Origin: Nitrospirota bacterium
GTDB lineage: Bacteria > Nitrospirota > UBA9217
Assembly: GCA_963741205.1 (NCBI GenBank)
Contig: CAVUHW010000008.1
Coordinates: 197,045-261,044 of the forward strand
Direction of reading: 5' to 3'
Length of the DNA stretch: 64,000 bases
The notes beneath the pieces were generated by a model. The model did not search any database. It was not told where the DNA came from and saw only the letters and a program-made list of their open reading frames with translations. Numbering within the stretch: position 1 is the stretch's first letter; every line of letters begins with the position of its first letter. A program made the translations under genes and the position numbers. Positions 51,430 through 62,189 of this stretch are shown piece after piece.

Positions 51430-52366
51430 TTACGCTGCCTTCTCTTCGGCCCGCTTCACCTGCTCCTGCCATGCCTTCCACGACGCAAAATAGGTTTCAA
51501 TGCCGTCTACGAAGCCCTGGTGCCTGGGAGTCCAGGAGAGCAAGCGCATGGCCTTGCTGCCGTCCACCTGCTGATCGAGCGCAAGGCATTCGGCATAAAG
51601 CCCCATTTCTTTCACCGCGTCCTCTAGCGGGATGTATTGAATTTTGCCGCTATAGCCCGCTGCCCGCGCCGCCGCCTGGGCCATTTCCGTCACGGTGCTA
51701 TCGCGAGCTGTCGCAGAGGTTGAATATGTCGCCCACAAGCCCGCTCTCTGCCGCAGCACATAGCCCCTGGCCAGGTCGTCGATATGGACCATGGACCAGC
51801 GGTTGGTCCCGTCGCCGACGACCTTGAGCGCGCGTTGCCGGTAGGCGCCTTCAAGAAACCAGGCGCTCGTAAGGCCCCCCTGCCTGCCGTAGACGACGCC
51901 GGGACGGATCACGATTCCCTTTAGCCCCTCCGCTTCCAGAACCATGAGCTCATGAGCAGGGACGCCAGGCAACGAGCCGCGCCGGTGAAAGCGGCGAGGT
52001 TTCATCGACAAGCCTGTCCCCCGTATTGCCGTGCACCCAGACGCCGCTCGTGTAAATAACGGTTTTGGGCCGGACTCCGGCCTTGCTTGCGCGGAGAAAA
52101 GTCTCGATGGTCCTCCGGTCAAGGTCGACCATATCGCCGCTCATATCCGACGCGGCATGCACCAGGACCGAACATTCTTCGGCTGTTTTCAAATAACTCT
52201 CCGGTTTCTGCATGCTCCCGATGACCGGATGGATTTCGTGCTGGATAAGTTTCCTGGCCTTCTCTTCGCTCCGGGCAAGGCCCCATACCTCATGACCGGC
52301 GCGCCGGAACGCCGAAGCCACGTTGAATCCCACGTAGCCGGTTGCTCCTGTAATGAATACTTTCAT
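51430..52366 (-). CDS. NAD-dependent epimerase/dehydratase; frameshifts
   Basis: FITGATGYVG, YTSGVW, RPGVVYG, VHIDDLA. Confidence 0.88.
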
Positions 52367-52649
52367 GGCTGCCTCCTTGATCGGAAACTGTACTGATAAT
52401 TAAATTTTACCGCAGGATTATGTGCGATAGGGAGAAACGGCAGCAAGGAGGTCTCTCGGTTACTAGTTTGGAGTACCTTAGTTGGAGGCGGAAGCGCCAC
52501 AGTGTGATTTTTGTGCCTTCCTGTATGACTTAAGCAGGTCGGCAATCTCGATCACGCAAATTCTGTCCCTGCTAAATCTGCTATACTTACCGCATAAATC
52601 AGCCGCCGTTCGCGGCAATCAATTCTTATCTCACAAGGAGGGTTTCGCT

Positions 52650-53177
52650 ATGAGGACCGCAGTGTTTGTTTTGATGGTCGTTGCTTTTGCCGCACTGGCA
52701 GGAACGGCATCGGCCGAAGTGATCGTAGTCCAGATGAATCTGATAAACGACCAGGGCGTGGGGGCTTCGATCGGGACCGTCACCCTGACGGACACTCCGC
52801 AGGGGTTGAAGTTCACTCCAGCCTTGAGTGGTTTGGCTTCCGGGATTCACGGGTTCCACGTCCATGAAAAGCCCGACTGCGCTGCCGGGATGAAGGAAGG
52901 CAAGTCAACGCCGGGTCTGACGGCAGGCGGTCACTTTGACCCTGCGAATACGGGTAAACACGAAGGCCCCTCAGGCAAGGGCCACCTGGGCGACCTGCCC
53001 GCCCTGACGGTCGGGGCTGACGGCAAGGCTACGGAATCGGTGGTTGCGCCCCGTCTCAAGACAGGCGATGTGAAGGGCCGCTCCCTCATGATCCATGCAG
53101 GAGGAGACAATTTTTCGGATGTGCCGGAAAAGCTCGGAGGAGGAGGCGCGAGGGTCGCCTGCGGTGTCATCAAATAG
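52650..53177 (+). CDS. sodC: periplasmic Cu/Zn superoxide dismutase
   Basis: signal peptide; [38 protein letters not shown]. Confidence 0.95.
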   Translation: MRTAVFVLMVVAFAALAGTASAEVIVVQMNLINDQGVGASIGTVTLTDTPQGLKFTPALSGLASGIHGFHVHEKPDCAAGMKEGKSTPGLTAGGHFDPANTGKHEGPSGKGHLGDLPALTVGADGKATESVVAPRLKTGDVKGRSLMIHAGGDNFSDVPEKLGGGGARVACGVIK

Positions 53178-53272
53178 AAAAAAGAGCCGCGTTCCGGGGG
53201 TGGCGTTGCCGTCCCCGTTGCGCGGCGCTTTTCTTGATTTCGGCGACCCAGGATCCGATGACCGCGACGTCT

Positions 53273-53458
53273 TCACCGCTCGTCGCACTGACAGGTACAG
53301 TGTTTACCCGGGATCGGACCGGATGGTTGTTCCTCCGGCAGGTCCTGCTCTTTCCAGGTCATGATCCGCGCTATGCCCCATGCCATGAGGGCCATGAGAC
53401 CAATGATAATAGGCCATGCCCATCCCATGGTCCATTCCAGGATGTCTACAGGTTTCAT
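53273..53458 (-). CDS. small membrane protein with C-terminal HCTCQC
   Basis: AAGGA RBS; one hydrophobic segment; 61 aa. Confidence 0.55.
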   Translation of the reverse strand: MKPVDILEWTMGWAWPIIIGLMALMAWGIARIMTWKEQDLPEEQPSGPIPGKHCTCQCDER

Positions 53459-53594
53459 GATCGATCACTTCCTTCTCTACAATTCTTTACTTCAATTATA
53501 TCGAACCCGGAGCGATAAAATTCCCCATTTAATTGGCTCCTTGGGATGCTCACATCCTTAAGTCCTACTTAAAAAGCGGGGAGCATCATTTTTC

Positions 53595-53623
53595 TTGACT
53601 TCACCAGACGACCGGTCTACTAT
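53595..53623 (+). promoter_or_regulatory. promoter with NemR-like operator
   Basis: TTGACT-17-TACTAT; AGAC-GACCG-GTCT(A) palindrome in spacer. Confidence 0.7.
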
Positions 53624-53629
53624 TGCTGC

Positions 53630-54214
53630 ATGCCAATCAAAGACACGCGTTTGTCCATTCTGGAAAAGGGCGCCCGGATCATCCACAAAAAAGGATATAA
53701 CCACACAGGCATTAAAGAGATCCTCGATGCAGCCGGTGTGCCGAAGGGGTCCTTCTATCACTTCTTCAAAAGTAAAGAGGATTTCGGACTGAACCTGCTG
53801 GACCATTACGCCGGTTTCTTCGTCAAGAAGGCCGAGGACCTGTTGAAGAAAACAGACACGCCGCCGCTCCAAAGGCTCAAGAGCTTCTTTGACGACTTCC
53901 GCTGCTTTTTCGAAGACAACGCCTGCGAGCTCGGGTGCCCGATCGGCAACCTGTCCCAGGAAATGGGAGACCTGAACCCCGCGTTCCGGAAAAAACTGGA
54001 AGAAATATTCCAGATGATGATAGCTCCGGTTGAAAGGCTGCTCAGAGCGGCGCAGCAGCGGGGCGAGTTGTCGCGCGACCTAGACACGCGCGAACTGGCG
54101 GACTTCATCATCAACAGCTGGGAGGGGGCCATTCTTCGAATGAAGGTGCAGAAAAATCCGGACGCACTGCGCCTCTTTGACAAGGTGGTGTTCGATGGTA
54201 TTCTAAAGCAGTGA
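53630..54214 (+). CDS. TetR-family regulator (NemR-like)
   Basis: GYNHTG..EIL..AGVPKGSFYHFFKSKE, GCPIGNLSQE, SWEGA. Confidence 0.92.
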   Translation: MPIKDTRLSILEKGARIIHKKGYNHTGIKEILDAAGVPKGSFYHFFKSKEDFGLNLLDHYAGFFVKKAEDLLKKTDTPPLQRLKSFFDDFRCFFEDNACELGCPIGNLSQEMGDLNPAFRKKLEEIFQMMIAPVERLLRAAQQRGELSRDLDTRELADFIINSWEGAILRMKVQKNPDALRLFDKVVFDGILKQ

Positions 54215-54367
54215 CCTACGGCCGGTATTCACAAGTACGCTCATCAATTTAACAACGGGTACCTGTATGATTGCGGTCGAACTATCGACGCTTCTTTTGA
54301 AAATCACAATACTGTCCGAAGAAACAAACGTGTCTCACGAAACCCATAACCCAAGAAGGAGGAATAA

Positions 54368-54820
54368 ATGGATTCTAAAGAAAAGGTTCGCGAAATTATC
54401 AAAGGGCATAACCTGATGCATATTTCCACCGTGGACGAAAAGGGTATGCCCAGATCCAGAGGGGTAGACTTCGTAGGCGGCGAGACTGAAAACATTCTTT
54501 ATTTCATTACCCAGAAGAGCTCCAATAAAGTCAAAGAAATAAAGAATAATGCAAATGTATTTGTCGTTATCGATCACGATTGCCCGGCTATGGAAGCATT
54601 GAGCAAACTGATGTATTTGAAAGCATCGGGAAAAGCTGAAGTTATAGAAAAGCCGGAAGGAATACAAAAAGTGTTCGGTATGATTTTACAGAAATTCCCC
54701 TATCTAAAAGATTTACCAGGTGATCCGTCAGCTTTTGTAGCTGTCAAGGTCACTCTTAAGGAAATCAATGTAATGGATAACGCCGTACAGTTCGGGCATT
54801 CAGAAATTATCCACTATTAA
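54368..54820 (+). CDS. pyridoxamine 5'-phosphate oxidase-like FMN-binding protein
   Basis: STVDEKGMPRSR, YFIT..SNKVKEI..N.NV. Confidence 0.85.
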   Translation: MDSKEKVREIIKGHNLMHISTVDEKGMPRSRGVDFVGGETENILYFITQKSSNKVKEIKNNANVFVVIDHDCPAMEALSKLMYLKASGKAEVIEKPEGIQKVFGMILQKFPYLKDLPGDPSAFVAVKVTLKEINVMDNAVQFGHSEIIHY

Positions 54821-54869
54821 CGAATGAGCGGCGCACAGTTTCAGGTTCCATGAGGAAAGGGGATATATC

Positions 54870-56184
54870 ATGAGTACTCCTCGTCACGGTGGCGATGATT
54901 CTATTGGGCAGGATAGCGGCGGCCGTACTCTGTCTGCGGACGAACTCCGGACGATCTGCCTCGAGGAAGGCGCGGACGATGCCGGTTTTGTCGAAATCGA
55001 GCGGCAGGCGCTCTCTCCGGAGAGGGACGACATCCTCAGGATATTTCCCGGGACCAGGACCGTCCTGTCCCTGGTCAAGCAGGGCGAACCGCGAGAGCAC
55101 CAGGAGCCCTTCGCTCTCCGGTCGCGGACTGGGAGTTTTCGAAGGTACATTCCGGCCTGTCGGACAGCGCGTGCAGGATCATACGCCGCCTGAATGCGGC
55201 AGGCGTCCGGGGCGTTGCCATCCCCCCGGATTCCCCATGGACATGACACGCTGGCCGGGCAAGGTCTGGGAGATCAGCCACAAAGTCGTGGCCGTGGAAG
55301 CGGGCGTCGGGCAGATGGGGCTGAACCGGATCGTCATCCATCCGAAGTTCGGGAACCATATCATGCTCGACACGGTCCTGATCGATGCGCGTCTCGACCG
55401 ATACGATCACCCGCTCACGGAGTCTCCCTGCATCCAGTGCGGGCTCTGCATCGCCGTCTGTCCCGTGGGGGCGATCAGCAAGGACGCGGGGGTCGACTTC
55501 ATGTCCTGCGCCATGCACAACTATCATGAGCTCTTCGGCGGATTCCAGGAATGGATCGAGGGGATCGTTTCGTCCGGGGACGTCAGGTCATACCGGTCGC
55601 GATTTCGCGATCATGAAACGATGAGCAAATGGCAGTCCCTGACGTACGGCCATTACTACCGGTGTTCCTACTGCATGGCCGTGTGCCCTGCGGGCGAGGA
55701 GACGGTGGAGTCGTATCGCGCCGATAAGATGGGTTACGTTCAGCAGTATCTGGAGCCGCTCAAGAGCAAAAAGGAACCGGTCTATGCGATCAAAGGCACG
55801 AGAGCGGAAAAAATCGCGGCAGGGAACAAGGCCAAGGACGTTCGTCATGTCAGGAACACGATCCGGCCGACATCAATCGGAAGTTTCCTGAACGGGGTCA
55901 AGCTTCTCTTTAATCCTGAAAAAGCGGACGGGCTGACTCTCACGCTGCATTTTGAATTTACGGGCAAGGAGCAGCGGTCCGCGACCATCGCCATTGCCGA
56001 CAAGAAAGTAACCGTCCAGGAAGGACTTCACGGCGCTGCGGGCCTTCTCGTGCGCGCCGACGCCGCAACATGGGTCGGGATGCTCAACGAGGAAATATCG
56101 CCGATCAAGGCGATGCTGACGGGCAAGCTGCGGCTCAAGGGGAATCCGGCTTACCTGAACAAGTTCAAATCGTGCCTCGTTTAG
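54870..56184 (+). CDS. QueG-like 4Fe-4S protein fused to SCP2 lipid-binding domain; frameshifts
   Basis: GADDAG, SHKVVAVEAGVG, CIQCGLCIAVCP, CSYCMAVCP; C-terminal SCP2 (HFEFTG, AMLTGKLRLKGN). Confidence 0.85.
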
Positions 56185-56330
56185 CAGTTCGCGAATGGGT
56201 GAGAGTAAACTCACGCTCAGGTATAGGGTTAGGCTTACGAGTGGGGCCTAAATCAATACGCGTTCCGCACTCCGCAATTGTTACTATTTCCGCTTGCCTC
56301 CTTTCCTGAAATCCGGTATTCTCGCATCAT

Positions 56331-57050
56331 ATGAAAAAGAAGATTATTCTTTTCGTCCTCCTCGCACTTATTCTGGCCATCGCCGGTACCGCAGTCTACG
56401 TTCTCACGAACCTCGACTCCATCGTGAAGGCTGCCATGGAGAAGTACGGTTCCCAGGCAACGAAAACGGCTGTCCGCGTATCTTCAGTGCAGATAAAGCT
56501 CAGGAGCGGCGAGGGCGCTGTCCTTGGATTGAAGGTGGCCAATCCTTCCGGTTTCTTTTCTCCCTCCATCATTACCCTTGATGACATATCAGTCCGGATC
56601 GAGGTGAACTCCGTCACGAGCACACCCATCGTAATAGACAATATCCTGATTTCCGGTCCTGAAGTGTTCTATGAAATGAAGGAAGACGGAACAGCGAATG
56701 TGGACATCCTGAAGAAGAATCTTGCCCCGTCAGGTTCTCCCGGGGAAGAGCGGCCGCAAAAAAGCCCCAAGGGCAAAGAGATCAAGCTGCGTATCAGAAA
56801 GCTGGTGTTCGAGAAGGGGAAGGTCCATGTGCGCATTGCAAAACTGATGGACAAGCCCTATATCGTCGAGCTGCCCCGCCTGGAGCTGACCGATATCGGC
56901 AAGCACGGCGGCGCCACCCCTGCCGAGATCGCTCGCACAGTGGCCACTGCTCTGGCTGAAGAGACCTCAAAGGCCGTTGCCAGGACTCAGGGCGAGCGGC
57001 TGCTCCGCAAGGGCGCCGAAGACCTTATCAACAAGTATCTCAACAAGTGA
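56331..57050 (+). CDS. AsmA-like/DUF748-like envelope protein
   Basis: N-terminal TM; LDSIVKAAMEKYGS, ANPSGF, DIGK.GGAT. Confidence 0.75.
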   Translation: MKKKIILFVLLALILAIAGTAVYVLTNLDSIVKAAMEKYGSQATKTAVRVSSVQIKLRSGEGAVLGLKVANPSGFFSPSIITLDDISVRIEVNSVTSTPIVIDNILISGPEVFYEMKEDGTANVDILKKNLAPSGSPGEERPQKSPKGKEIKLRIRKLVFEKGKVHVRIAKLMDKPYIVELPRLELTDIGKHGGATPAEIARTVATALAEETSKAVARTQGERLLRKGAEDLINKYLNK

Positions 57051-57162
57051 GCACAACTGGTTGACATTGAAATAGACTTGACCCTCAGGGGTCTTCCAGT
57101 GTCTCACTACTTAAGAATATCAAAGTCACCGGCCTGGTCGTGGCCGCGCGCCTGTTCCCGGA

Positions 57163-58765
57163 TCAGCGAAGTAATGGATCGAGATATCGGACATCATTCG
57201 GACTCGGCCGAAGGGTCTTTCCCGGGTGCGGCAGTTCGATGGTGAAGACCGCCCCGTGCTCGTTGTTCTCCGCGGACAGATTCCCGCTCATGTGCTCCTC
57301 GACGATCACCTTGGACATGTACAGTCCGAGGCCCGTCCCCTTGGTAGTTTCCTTGGTGGTGAAGTAGGGATGGAACACCCGGTCGATCGCATCAGGGAGG
57401 ATCCCCCCGCCGTTGTCGCTTATCTTGATGATGACCGCCCCGTCCGTGCTGTAAAAATCGAAGCAGAGGAGGCCCTTGTGGGTGGGCTCCAGCTTTCGTC
57501 GGACACGGTCTTCGAGGATCGCGTCCCGGGCGTTGTTGATGAGGTTGAGCATGACGTGCTCGAATTCATTCTTGAAACCCTCGACGGTTTTTTCGGCGCA
57601 GATGATGATATCCGCCTCGTGCTCGAAGACCTTCTGATGAGTATGACACGTGAGCCGGTACCTGATGTTGTCGCTTAAGAGCTGTGCATGGAGCAGGTTC
57701 AGCACGTCTCCTACCGCACGCATCGCGTCAAAGATCGCTTTTTCCTTGTCCGGCTTGTAGAAGTTCCGGAAATCGTCGATCGTCCTGGACATGCGCTCAA
57801 CGTGCTGCATGGCCTTCTCGACGCTCTTATCAATGTAATCCCTGTCCAGCCTGCCTTTTTCATGGACTTCCTGCATGTTCTGAATGATGAGTCCGACGAC
57901 GTTCAGGGGCTGCCGCCACTGGTGCGCGATGGCGCCCAGCATCTCGCCCATTGCAGCCATCTTGGCCTGCTGGATCAGCATCCGTTCGTTCTTTGCGCGG
58001 ATGGCGGTTTCGGCCTCCACTTTTTTCTCGAGGTTCCTCGTCAGATCTTCGAGCTGCAGGGTTTTTTCCCGAAGCGCCTGTTCGGCCTTCTTGCGCTCGG
58101 TGATGTCGCGAAAGACGATCTGGTAGGCTTGCTTGCCGTCCAGGATGACAGACGTACCCCGGGACTCCGCATCGATCCCGGAACCGTCAAGGCGCACCAT
58201 CTTGAGCTCCTGCGGTGGAGAGGTAACCCCGGGGCCCTGTAGCATCTCGATCCTCTTCCTGACGAGCTCATGGAAATCGGACCGGACGATGGAATAGAGG
58301 TCGCGCCCGACGAGCTCTTCGGGTCCCCGGGCCCCGAACATCGTAACCGCCGTGCTGTTGACGAAGAGGAACTTCTTGCCGTCATGGATGACGATCGCGT
58401 CAGGCGAGTCTTCCACCAGGAAGCGATAGCGAATGCTCGGTCTCGTGTATCTTCTTGCCCACGTACCCGAGATAGACTGCGCTCGCGAAAACAAAGGCCG
58501 CCCGCCAGAAATCTGCATGCGTGAATTTAAAGACGCCGAAGAGTCCGGTAAGCCAGATCTGGGCCGCGATCACGCCCAGCGCCCCGGCAAGAAGCCCCGG
58601 CCCCGGCCCGAACAGAACAGCGACTAAGATGACCGTCGGGTAGACCGTTATATACGGCACATCCGGCCCCATAACGGGGTCCATGAGCCGCCTAAGCAAA
58701 ACGGCCGCAACAATGGCCGCAACCGCGATTGCATATTTTTGGAAGGTTGTACGAGCAGACGTCAT
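57163..58765 (-). CDS. membrane sensor histidine kinase (4-TM sensor, PAS, HisKA, HATPase); frameshift ~58430
   Basis: FGPGPGLLA TM region; GEMLGAIAHQWRQPL, NNARDA, DNGGGI, GTGLGL. Confidence 0.9.
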
Positions 58766-59328
58766 GGCACATCCTTTGGGGAGAACAAAGCTTCTTCATG
58801 ATAATTCGGGGGGGCATCGCAGTCAAGCAAATATTGCAATTATTTGTCTTGGCCTCGCAATAGAAAACTGTCCGACAAATTTATTTTGGGAAGAGATTTC
58901 ACTGCAAAGAGGAAACACATTCAGCAGTATGAAAAAAAACGTTCGGGACGCGACCTGCAGGTCAAATCGGAAGTATTGAAAATTGAAAAAAACGGGTGGA
59001 ACGGTCAAGGCCGGCGCACCGCTATAACTCAATCCCTGAACCCAGGAGATGATTATCGCCCGCGAACGGTCTGGTGGCCGAATCCTCTTCCGTCCCCCGT
59101 CAGACATGTTAACACTCAATGCTCAAACTGTCCATAGGCTGGGAAAAGACATTCAGGCAAAACCCCGCCGGAAAAGAGCGATACAATAATATCATGAGGC
59201 AATGTTTATCAAGGATACGAAAGGATTAGAATTGTCGGGAAGGAAAAAAGAAGGATCGGGTAAGGTCGTGCTGTACTATAACAAAATATCGGCCAGAAAC
59301 CCGGAATTGAAGCAAGGAGGTAATCAAA

Positions 59329-60303
59329 ATGTCAAAGACGATTAAAAATAAAAATGAATTGACCATTACGCGCCTCTTCGACGCGCCGCGTGAGAAGGTG
59401 TGGAAAGCATGGACCGACCCGAAGGCAGTAAAGAAGTGGTGGGGCCCCAAGTACTTCACTGCGCCGGTAAGCAAGATCGATCTCCGCGTGGGGGGTAAAT
59501 ATCTCTCCTGCATGCGCGGTCCAGACGGCAAGGATTACTGGTCAACAGGTGTTTACCGGGAGATCGTTCCACTGGAGCGGCTTGTCGTAACCGACAGCTT
59601 TGCAGATGAGAAGGGCAATGTCGTCCCGGCCTCACACTACGGAATGGCAGGAGACTTTCCACTCGAGCTGCTGGTGACGGTCACGTTCGAGGATCTGGGG
59701 GGCAAGACGAAAATGGTTCTGCTGCATGAGGGCATTCCTGCGGGCATGATGCGCGAAATGACCGAAACCGGCTGGAGCGAGTCCTTCGACAAGCTGGCTG
59801 AATACATTGTCACAAGCGGGACCAGGATCATTGCCGAGCGGGGGAAACAGGAGGTCATCATCACGCGGGTCTTCGACGCGCCCCGGGCTCTTGTATTCAA
59901 GGCATATGCGGACCGGAACCTGAAACCGCAGTGGTGGGGTCCAAAATACCTCACGACCACGATCGACAAGATGGACGTAAAATCCGGCGGACTGTGGCGG
60001 TACGTTCAGCGCGACGCCGCGGGCAAGGAATACGCATTCCACGGTGTGTATCACGAGGTACACTCGCCCGAGCGGATCGTGAACACCTTTGAATTCGAAG
60101 GCATGCCGGGCCATGTTTCGCTTGAAACATGCACCTTGGAAGAGATAGGCGGCAGAACGAAGATGACCGGCAAGTCCGTTTACCAGTCAATCGAGGACCG
60201 CGACGCTATGCTCAAGTCGGGCATGGAGGCAGGGGTATACGAGACCATGGACCGCCTCGCGGAACTTCTGACGAAATTACAGAGTGAAAGAAAAGCAGCC
60301 TGA
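59329..60303 (+). CDS. tandem SRPBCC/AHSA1 domain protein
   Basis: two repeats of ITR.FDAPR..V.KA..D....WWGP. Confidence 0.92.
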   Translation: MSKTIKNKNELTITRLFDAPREKVWKAWTDPKAVKKWWGPKYFTAPVSKIDLRVGGKYLSCMRGPDGKDYWSTGVYREIVPLERLVVTDSFADEKGNVVPASHYGMAGDFPLELLVTVTFEDLGGKTKMVLLHEGIPAGMMREMTETGWSESFDKLAEYIVTSGTRIIAERGKQEVIITRVFDAPRALVFKAYADRNLKPQWWGPKYLTTTIDKMDVKSGGLWRYVQRDAAGKEYAFHGVYHEVHSPERIVNTFEFEGMPGHVSLETCTLEEIGGRTKMTGKSVYQSIEDRDAMLKSGMEAGVYETMDRLAELLTKLQSERKAA

Positions 60304-60343
60304 TGCCGGGAATCGCCGGCTTCGTTTCTACTGACCGAGTAGA

Positions 60344-60382
60344 GAGCCTGCCCCTTGGAGAGCCTCCAGGGGGCAGGCTTGT
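60344..60382. terminator. strong hairpin after SRPBCC gene
   Basis: AGCCTGCCCCTTGGAG-AGC-CTCCAGGGGGCAGGCT. Confidence 0.6.
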
Positions 60383-60442
60383 TGACGGCAAAAACAGCCC
60401 CCATCGTTGAATCTCCAATTGGTGGGGTCAAGGGGATTGATC

Positions 60443-60937
60443 ATGACGATCAGAAAAGTCGAGATAGAACGGCTCAGCGTGACATCTTCCCGTCCGTTTG
60501 AGGCGGTCGTGGCAACGCTCAAAGCGGCCGTTGGGCATCCCGACATGGGCGAGTTCTTCAAGGCGACCAACGGCGCACGGACCTTCGCGGAACTGGAAAG
60601 TGCGGTCCATAGGGGCCTCGGCAGGAGGGGGCTGATGATGTTCATGGAGTTCGACCTCGGCGCGATTTTGCGCAAGGAGACCGGCCTCGACACGCCGAAA
60701 ATCGTGCGCTTTTTGATCGGCAACCCGCTCATCATGAAAGAAATGGCAAAGCATGTTCCCGACGCCGGATCGTACGCTCCGGTCACGATTCTGGTGGATG
60801 AGCGGCCGGACGGCGTGCATTTGACATATGACAAGATGGCCAGTCTTCTAGCGCCTTACGGAAACCCGGACGCCCTCGCTGTCGCTCGGGACTTGGACGC
60901 GAAAATAGAGGACCTTCTTCGAGAGTCTGCGGCTTGA
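60443..60937 (+). CDS. DUF302 protein
   Basis: IGNPL..M......GSYAPV.ILV.E. Confidence 0.85.
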   Translation: MTIRKVEIERLSVTSSRPFEAVVATLKAAVGHPDMGEFFKATNGARTFAELESAVHRGLGRRGLMMFMEFDLGAILRKETGLDTPKIVRFLIGNPLIMKEMAKHVPDAGSYAPVTILVDERPDGVHLTYDKMASLLAPYGNPDALAVARDLDAKIEDLLRESAA

Positions 60938-61032
60938 TGACCGCATCGCAATTTCAGCATCCCTACCTGTTCTTGCTACAAAAAATACAAAGAAGGAAGT
61001 ACGAAAGCCTGCCCGGGGCAGATCAACATGAT

Positions 61033-62034
61033 CTATTGCTTCCCGGGAACGAGGAGAATCTTACCCTGCCTGCCCACTGATTCTGCCTGGGTGACGGCGG
61101 CGCCGATCTCGTCGAGGGGAAATTTGCGTCCAACAGAGGTCTCGAGAATGCCCTCGCTCATAAGAGTGACGATTTCCTGGACCAACTGACGTCGCGCCGT
61201 CTCATCGAGCCTGGGCAGCCAGTAGCCAAGCCAGAACACTTCCAGGATGCGGCGGCCTGCCAGAATGAATCGTGGATCGGCTCCTACACGGATCGGCTCA
61301 CCGGTGAGGGAGCCATAGACCAGCATTCTGCCCTCCTCGCTCAGTGCCTTGTACATCTGGGTCCCGGTTTCTCCGACCACGGGATCGACGGCGTACTTGA
61401 CGCCCTGGGGACCAACGATGCCGCGGACTTGCTCGTCAATCGGCCCGGCAGTGGACACTATAACGGCGTCGGCCCCGAGGCGTTCCAGCTCAGCTGCCGA
61501 TTCGTGCCTACGGACGACATTGACGGTACGGATGCCGTCGTGTTTGGCCAGCCTGATGATCATGCGTCCCAGTTCGGAGCCGGCCGCTGACTGGAGCAGC
61601 CATTCGCCTCGTGGGACGGCCAGAACATGACGAAGCATGAGGATAGCTGTAGCCGGGTTGATGACGAAGGAGGCAGCTTGCTCATCGGGAATACCGTCTG
61701 GCGCCGGAAGCAAATCGTGCCCGGGCACCACTGCATATTCGGCCCAGTTGCCCCCCAAGGAATTCAAGACCACAACGCGCTGTCCAGGGAGGAGACTTTG
61801 CACCTGCGGCCCGAGAGAATCCACAATGCCAACGCCTTCAAATCCGACGGGCGATGGGAACTTCGCTTGGACGCCTGCATAGTGTCCCCGCACAAACAAC
61901 AGGTCAGATGGGTTGATCGGGCTGGCCAGGATACGAACCCTTACTTCCCCATTTCCCGGTTCCGGCAGAGGCCGCTCCTCGACTGCAAGAACCTTTGCGG
62001 GCTCACCGTGCCGATCGAATCGGATAGCCTTCAT
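61033..62034 (-). CDS. MDR-family oxidoreductase (quinone/enoyl-thioester reductase-like)
   Basis: SPINPSD, GFEGVG, INPATA, QSAAGSELG. Confidence 0.9.
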   Translation of the reverse strand: MKAIRFDRHGEPAKVLAVEERPLPEPGNGEVRVRILASPINPSDLLFVRGHYAGVQAKFPSPVGFEGVGIVDSLGPQVQSLLPGQRVVVLNSLGGNWAEYAVVPGHDLLPAPDGIPDEQAASFVINPATAILMLRHVLAVPRGEWLLQSAAGSELGRMIIRLAKHDGIRTVNVVRRHESAAELERLGADAVIVSTAGPIDEQVRGIVGPQGVKYAVDPVVGETGTQMYKALSEEGRMLVYGSLTGEPIRVGADPRFILAGRRILEVFWLGYWLPRLDETARRQLVQEIVTLMSEGILETSVGRKFPLDEIGAAVTQAESVGRQGKILLVPGKQ

Positions 62035-62189
62035 TCTTGCAATCTCCTTCATCACTCCAGAGTCATCAGGGCCACATCTTGTATTTTGATATGTATACCG
62101 ACTAGCAAGATACAAGACGCGACCCTACAGGTTCGGAGTCAACTCTTAGGGTCACCTCCGGGTTCTCGATAGAATAAAGTCAGGCCCTC

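Noticed and set aside
533-58765. Frameshifts in about 20 genes (dsrA, dsrN, dsrE/F-like, dsrT, dsrM, dsrP, nfeD, uvrD, pcnB, glyA, kinases, etc.) as programmed frameshifting or genome decay
   Set aside because: They are scattered single-base indels (those I traced are mostly insertions, some in homopolymers), hit core genes with otherwise intact motifs and share no slippery signal. This is best explained by long-read assembly error; polishing would confirm.
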